This document shows, in pieces, positions 61,131 to 64,000 of a stretch of 64,000 bases of DNA. How positions within the stretch are numbered: position 1 is the stretch's first letter; every line of letters starts with the position of its first letter. Made by a program: the position numbers and the translations under genes. The notes below the pieces were generated by a model, which did no database searches, was not told where the DNA came from, and was given only the letters and a program-made list of their open reading frames with translations. The stretch is from Acidobacteriota bacterium (GTDB lineage Bacteria; Acidobacteriota; UBA6911; RPQK01; JADFOI01), in the NCBI GenBank assembly GCA_022562935.1, contig JADFOI010000002.1, forward strand, positions 10,527-74,526, given 5' to 3'.

Positions 61131-62696
61131 CTATTCGTCCTTCTCTCGAAGCCCTTTTCGGATGATCTTTCCCGTCACCGTCTTGGGAAACTCATCAATG
61201 AATTCGATTTCCTTGGGGACCTTATAGGGAGCGATCAGTTCTCGAGTCATTTTCCGGAGTTCTTCTCCAAGTTCTTCCGAAGGGCTTTGGCCGGGTCGAA
61301 GGACAACGAAGGCTTTAACCAGCTGGCCTAAAATCTGATCCTTCTTTCCCACTACCGCCGCTTCAAGCACGGATTCGTGCTCCTGCAAGGTATCCTCGAC
61401 TTCTTTCGGACTGATCAAGTATCCTCGACTCTTGATCAGATCATCAGATCTTGAGACAAACCAGAAGAAACCCTCTTCGTCGATGTAGGACATATCACCC
61501 GTGAGGTACCATCCCTTGTTGAATCTGGATTTCCACATTTCTTCCTGATTTTCGTAGCGTAGGGCCAGGCCCGGATGGTCTGCACTGATGGCAAGATACC
61601 CAACTTCACCCCTTTCAATTTCATTTCCCTCTTTATCGACTACGGTGACAGGCGGAACTCCAGCGAAGGGCTTTCCCATGGTGCTGAGCTTGACCACGCC
61701 GGGTCTGGTGCAACAGAAGATGTGGATCTCGGTTTGCCCCATGGAATCGTAAATCTCACTGTTAAAGCGTTTTTTCCAAGTCTTGAAAACATGAGGGGGA
61801 AGTGTTTCTCCGGAGCTCAATCCCATCTTCAGGGAGGAGCAGTCCCATCGTTTCTCGGCATCCTCTACCAGAAGCATTCGTTTGAAGATGGTGGGATTTC
61901 CAATGAAATGGGTGGCTCCATATTTTTCGATGTACTCAAAAGCTCTCTCCGTATCAAACCTCCCCTGATAGACGCCCACGGTGGCACCACAGTAGAAGGG
62001 GTAAAAGAAATTACAACCAAAGGGATACATCCAGTTGATTTCGGAGACCGACAGCGTCACGTCTCCAGGCTGGAGCTCCATTTCAACCTTGGCGATCGGT
62101 TCGCCGGTGGCAATGAGCCAGCTATGAGCGTGAACAATTCCCTTGGGGATCGAAGTCGTCCCTGATGTGTAAAGCATAAATGCTTCGTCGCTGCTCTTGG
62201 TGTCTGCACATTCGAGCTCCGTGGAAGCATCCTGGATCATCTCTTCAAAAGCAATACCCTGTTTGCTGCTTTCACCGATGACAATGATCTTTTTGAGCGG
62301 CTCGCTTTGCACTTCATCAAAAACGGAGAGACTCTCAGAGTGGACAATGGCAGCCACGGCCTGGGTGTCATTGAGGATATGCTGGACTTCCCTGGCTCCA
62401 AACAAACTGCTGGTTGGCACGGGTACGGCTCCTATCTTCATACAGGCCAGGATAGAAAAATAAAGTTCGAGGCAGTTCTGAGATCTCAGTACGACTCTAT
62501 TGCCCTTTGCAATACCGATGCCCAGCAGGGCATTCCCGATTCGGTTGACCGAGTCTTGAAGTTCGCTCCAACTTATTTTTCTGTCATCAAAGAGCAGCGC
62601 TGGATTGTCGCGATCAGGGCCTTCGGCCCACTGATCACAGGCAAGCTGAGCCATATTCGTCTTCTCAGGAATGGAAAGCTCTTGAACCTCACTCAT
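61131..62696 (-). CDS. AMP-forming acyl-CoA synthetase/ligase (aromatic-acid CoA ligase-like)
   Basis: The AMP-binding motifs are LYTSGTTSIPKGIVHAH, YLTGDMSYIDEEGFFWFVSRSDDLIKSRGY and ...PKTVTGKIIRK. The start is taken at MSEVQEL (62696), preceded by AGGAG 8 nt upstream. The ORF-track start 62774 is less likely. Confidence 0.85.
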   Translation of the reverse strand: MSEVQELSIPEKTNMAQLACDQWAEGPDRDNPALLFDDRKISWSELQDSVNRIGNALLGIGIAKGNRVVLRSQNCLELYFSILACMKIGAVPVPTSSLFGAREVQHILNDTQAVAAIVHSESLSVFDEVQSEPLKKIIVIGESSKQGIAFEEMIQDASTELECADTKSSDEAFMLYTSGTTSIPKGIVHAHSWLIATGEPIAKVEMELQPGDVTLSVSEINWMYPFGCNFFYPFYCGATVGVYQGRFDTERAFEYIEKYGATHFIGNPTIFKRMLLVEDAEKRWDCSSLKMGLSSGETLPPHVFKTWKKRFNSEIYDSMGQTEIHIFCCTRPGVVKLSTMGKPFAGVPPVTVVDKEGNEIERGEVGYLAISADHPGLALRYENQEEMWKSRFNKGWYLTGDMSYIDEEGFFWFVSRSDDLIKSRGYLISPKEVEDTLQEHESVLEAAVVGKKDQILGQLVKAFVVLRPGQSPSEELGEELRKMTRELIAPYKVPKEIEFIDEFPKTVTGKIIRKGLREKDE

Positions 62697-62810
62697 CGTC
62701 AATTCTCCTGGGATCTTGTTAATAAGGAGAGTATCCAGACCGTAGAATGTAGAATAAGGGGCCAAGCCTGTCAACGGTGCTTGCTTGGCGCTGGCACGTA
62801 CCGCAGGCGT

Positions 62811-62920
62811 TCCAGGTTCCAGGTTCCAAGCTGCAGGCTCCAGGTTTCAAGAGGTCTAAGTCTTGTCGGTAGTCCGTGCCTTGTCTGTTGTCTGCGGTCT
62901 GCGGTCCGCTGGTCCCTGTT
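62811..62920. repeat. Degenerate heptamer tandem arrays in a divergent promoter region
   Basis: The first array reads TCCAGGT TCCAGGT TCCAAGC TGCAGGC TCCAGGT TTCAAGA (62811..62852). The second reads CCTTGTC TGTTGTC TGCGGTC TGCGGTC CGCTGGT CCCTGTT (62879..62920). The second is the reverse complement of the GACAACA-type words at 31414... Confidence 0.75.
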
Positions 62921-62980
62921 GACCCTCCTTCTCCCCACCATTACAATCCCTCTACAGCTCGCCGTCATGAGCCGAAGCGA

Positions 62981-64000
62981 ATGAAAAGAACCAAAGATTT
63001 GAGAGGTTTTCTCACCGAGTATGAACGAGAAAACCCGAAAGAGTTTTGCAGGATCAAGAGGGAAGTGGATCCCGAGTATGAGGTTGCCGGGATACTGACC
63101 AAGCTTGAAGAGATGCGGAAGCTGCCCATCCTGTTTTACGAAAAGGTCAAGGGATCTTCCTTTCCCGTGGTGACCAATGTCTGTTCGACAAAAAAGAAGA
63201 TTGCAGCAAGCATTGGTGTTGATTCCAAAGAATTTAGAGCCAAGTACCTGGCGGCTATTGAAAATCAAGTTTCTCCCAAGATGGTTACCGATGGCCCCGT
63301 CCTTGAGGAGACCATTGGTGAAGATGATTTTGATCTCAAAGACCTGCCCTTGATGACCTATCACGAAGGTGATGCGGCCCCTTATCTCACTGCTGGAATT
63401 GTTTTGGGAAAAGACCCTGAGACGGGACAGGTCAATGCCAGCTTTAACCGCTTGATGTATCAAAGCAGAAATAAAGCGGGAATTTTCATGACCGTAGGCA
63501 AGCATCTCCATGAGATGTATTCCCGGATGGAAGATCAGGGAAAGCCTTTTCCGATCAGTATTTCCATAGGCAATCATCCGGCTTGGGCCTTGGGTGCCCT
63601 TTATATTGGACCTTACGGGGACAATGAACTGGGGATCATCGGAGGTCTTTTGGATAGCCCGGTGGAGATGATCGAGGGGGAGCTGCCGGGCACGGTCTTC
63701 CCCGCCGATGCTGAGATTGTTCTGGAGGCGGTGATTGAACCTTACGTCAGGGAGGAGGAAGGTCCCTTTTGCGAGTTTTCCGGGTATGCTACGGGAAAAG
63801 GATTAAGGCCCGTGGTGACCGTGAAGTCCGTCCATTTAAGGAAAAATGCCATTTTTCAAGACATTTGCGGAGGACAGCATCGGGAGCATCTGGTGATGGC
63901 CACCATCCCCATGGAAGCAAATTTCTATAGAACGATTAAGGGCGCTGTGCCCACCCTTGTGGATATTCATGTTCCTGCACCCTTTACCCTGATTATTTCG
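62981..64000 (+). CDS. UbiD-family decarboxylase, N-terminal 340 codons; gene continues past the right window edge
   Basis: Absent from the ORF track because it is open at the edge. My translation from ATG 62981 reads MKRTKDLRGFLTEYERENPKEFCRIKREVDPEYEVAGILTKLEEMRKLPILFYEKVKGSSFPVVTNVCS...GPFCEFSGYATG...HLVMATIPMEANF, a typical UbiD fold pattern. The minus ORF 62771..63577 is its antisense shadow. Confidence 0.85.
   Translation, partial: MKRTKDLRGFLTEYERENPKEFCRIKREVDPEYEVAGILTKLEEMRKLPILFYEKVKGSSFPVVTNVCSTKKKIAASIGVDSKEFRAKYLAAIENQVSPKMVTDGPVLEETIGEDDFDLKDLPLMTYHEGDAAPYLTAGIVLGKDPETGQVNASFNRLMYQSRNKAGIFMTVGKHLHEMYSRMEDQGKPFPISISIGNHPAWALGALYIGPYGDNELGIIGGLLDSPVEMIEGELPGTVFPADAEIVLEAVIEPYVREEEGPFCEFSGYATGKGLRPVVTVKSVHLRKNAIFQDICGGQHREHLVMATIPMEANFYRTIKGAVPTLVDIHVPAPFTLIIS

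Noticed and set aside
1-64000. Anti-phage defence system, toxin-antitoxin pair, prophage or integrative element
   Set aside because: I found no nuclease/ATPase/helicase defence-type genes, small paired ORFs, integrases, transposases or phage structural genes. The accessory-looking content is metabolic.

Overview
This is a chromosomal window from a diderm bacterium with moderately high GC. The taxon cannot be fixed from the sequence alone. I call 57 protein-coding genes, one tRNA-Val(GAC), one canonical intrinsic terminator and several families of non-coding repeats. Two of the genes run off the window edges and are therefore missing from the ORF track.

Gene content by region:
- 1-24.7 kb: conserved housekeeping, almost all on the minus strand. 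It holds rel (partial), tonB-exbB-exbD-exbD-TPR, secF-secD-yajC-tgt, a TIG/beta-propeller protein, uvrA (+), ymdB-rny, zapA-zapB, pheT-pheS-rplT-rpmI-infC-thrS-tRNA-Val, hup and an S41 peptidase homologue.
- 24.8-37.3 kb: ruvX-mltG, a 4-gene operon ending in an asymmetric heterodimeric ABC exporter, a divergent C-N hydrolase / M14 peptidase pair, and a PilZ gene coupled to an acyltransferase-esterase fusion.
- 37.8-50 kb: a ybjQ-ybjQ-M48 operon, a nitrilase, and a 7-gene plus-strand metabolic island. The island holds signal-peptide-bearing M29/NicX-fold paralogues, an isochorismatase-like hydrolase, a GMC flavoprotein with two Tat-signal small subunits, and UbiD.
- 50-64 kb: a CBM9/DUF5916-type outer-membrane protein, an opp/dpp-type importer, yidD, sthA, an acyl-CoA synthetase and a second UbiD (partial).

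I saw no rRNA, CRISPR, transposase, integrase, phage or recognisable defence genes.

The most unusual signals are non-coding:
- An inverted-repeat-bounded 0.1-0.3 kb repeat family fills four intergenic spacers. Its ends coincide with TAG stops and ATG starts.
- A conserved hairpin element sits directly after stop codons inside three minus-strand operons.
- Degenerate heptamer/octamer tandem arrays occur at several loci and sometimes encode C-terminal protein tails.

Protein-level oddities:
- The S41 homologue lacks both catalytic residues.
- A two-module M29-fold protein has degenerate metal ligands.
- PilZ is translationally coupled to a lipid-type acyltransferase/esterase fusion.

All functional calls come from by-eye motif recognition, with no database search. 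The best candidate for an undescribed system is the 39.8-50 kb metabolic island. This is a hypothesis, not a demonstrated finding.
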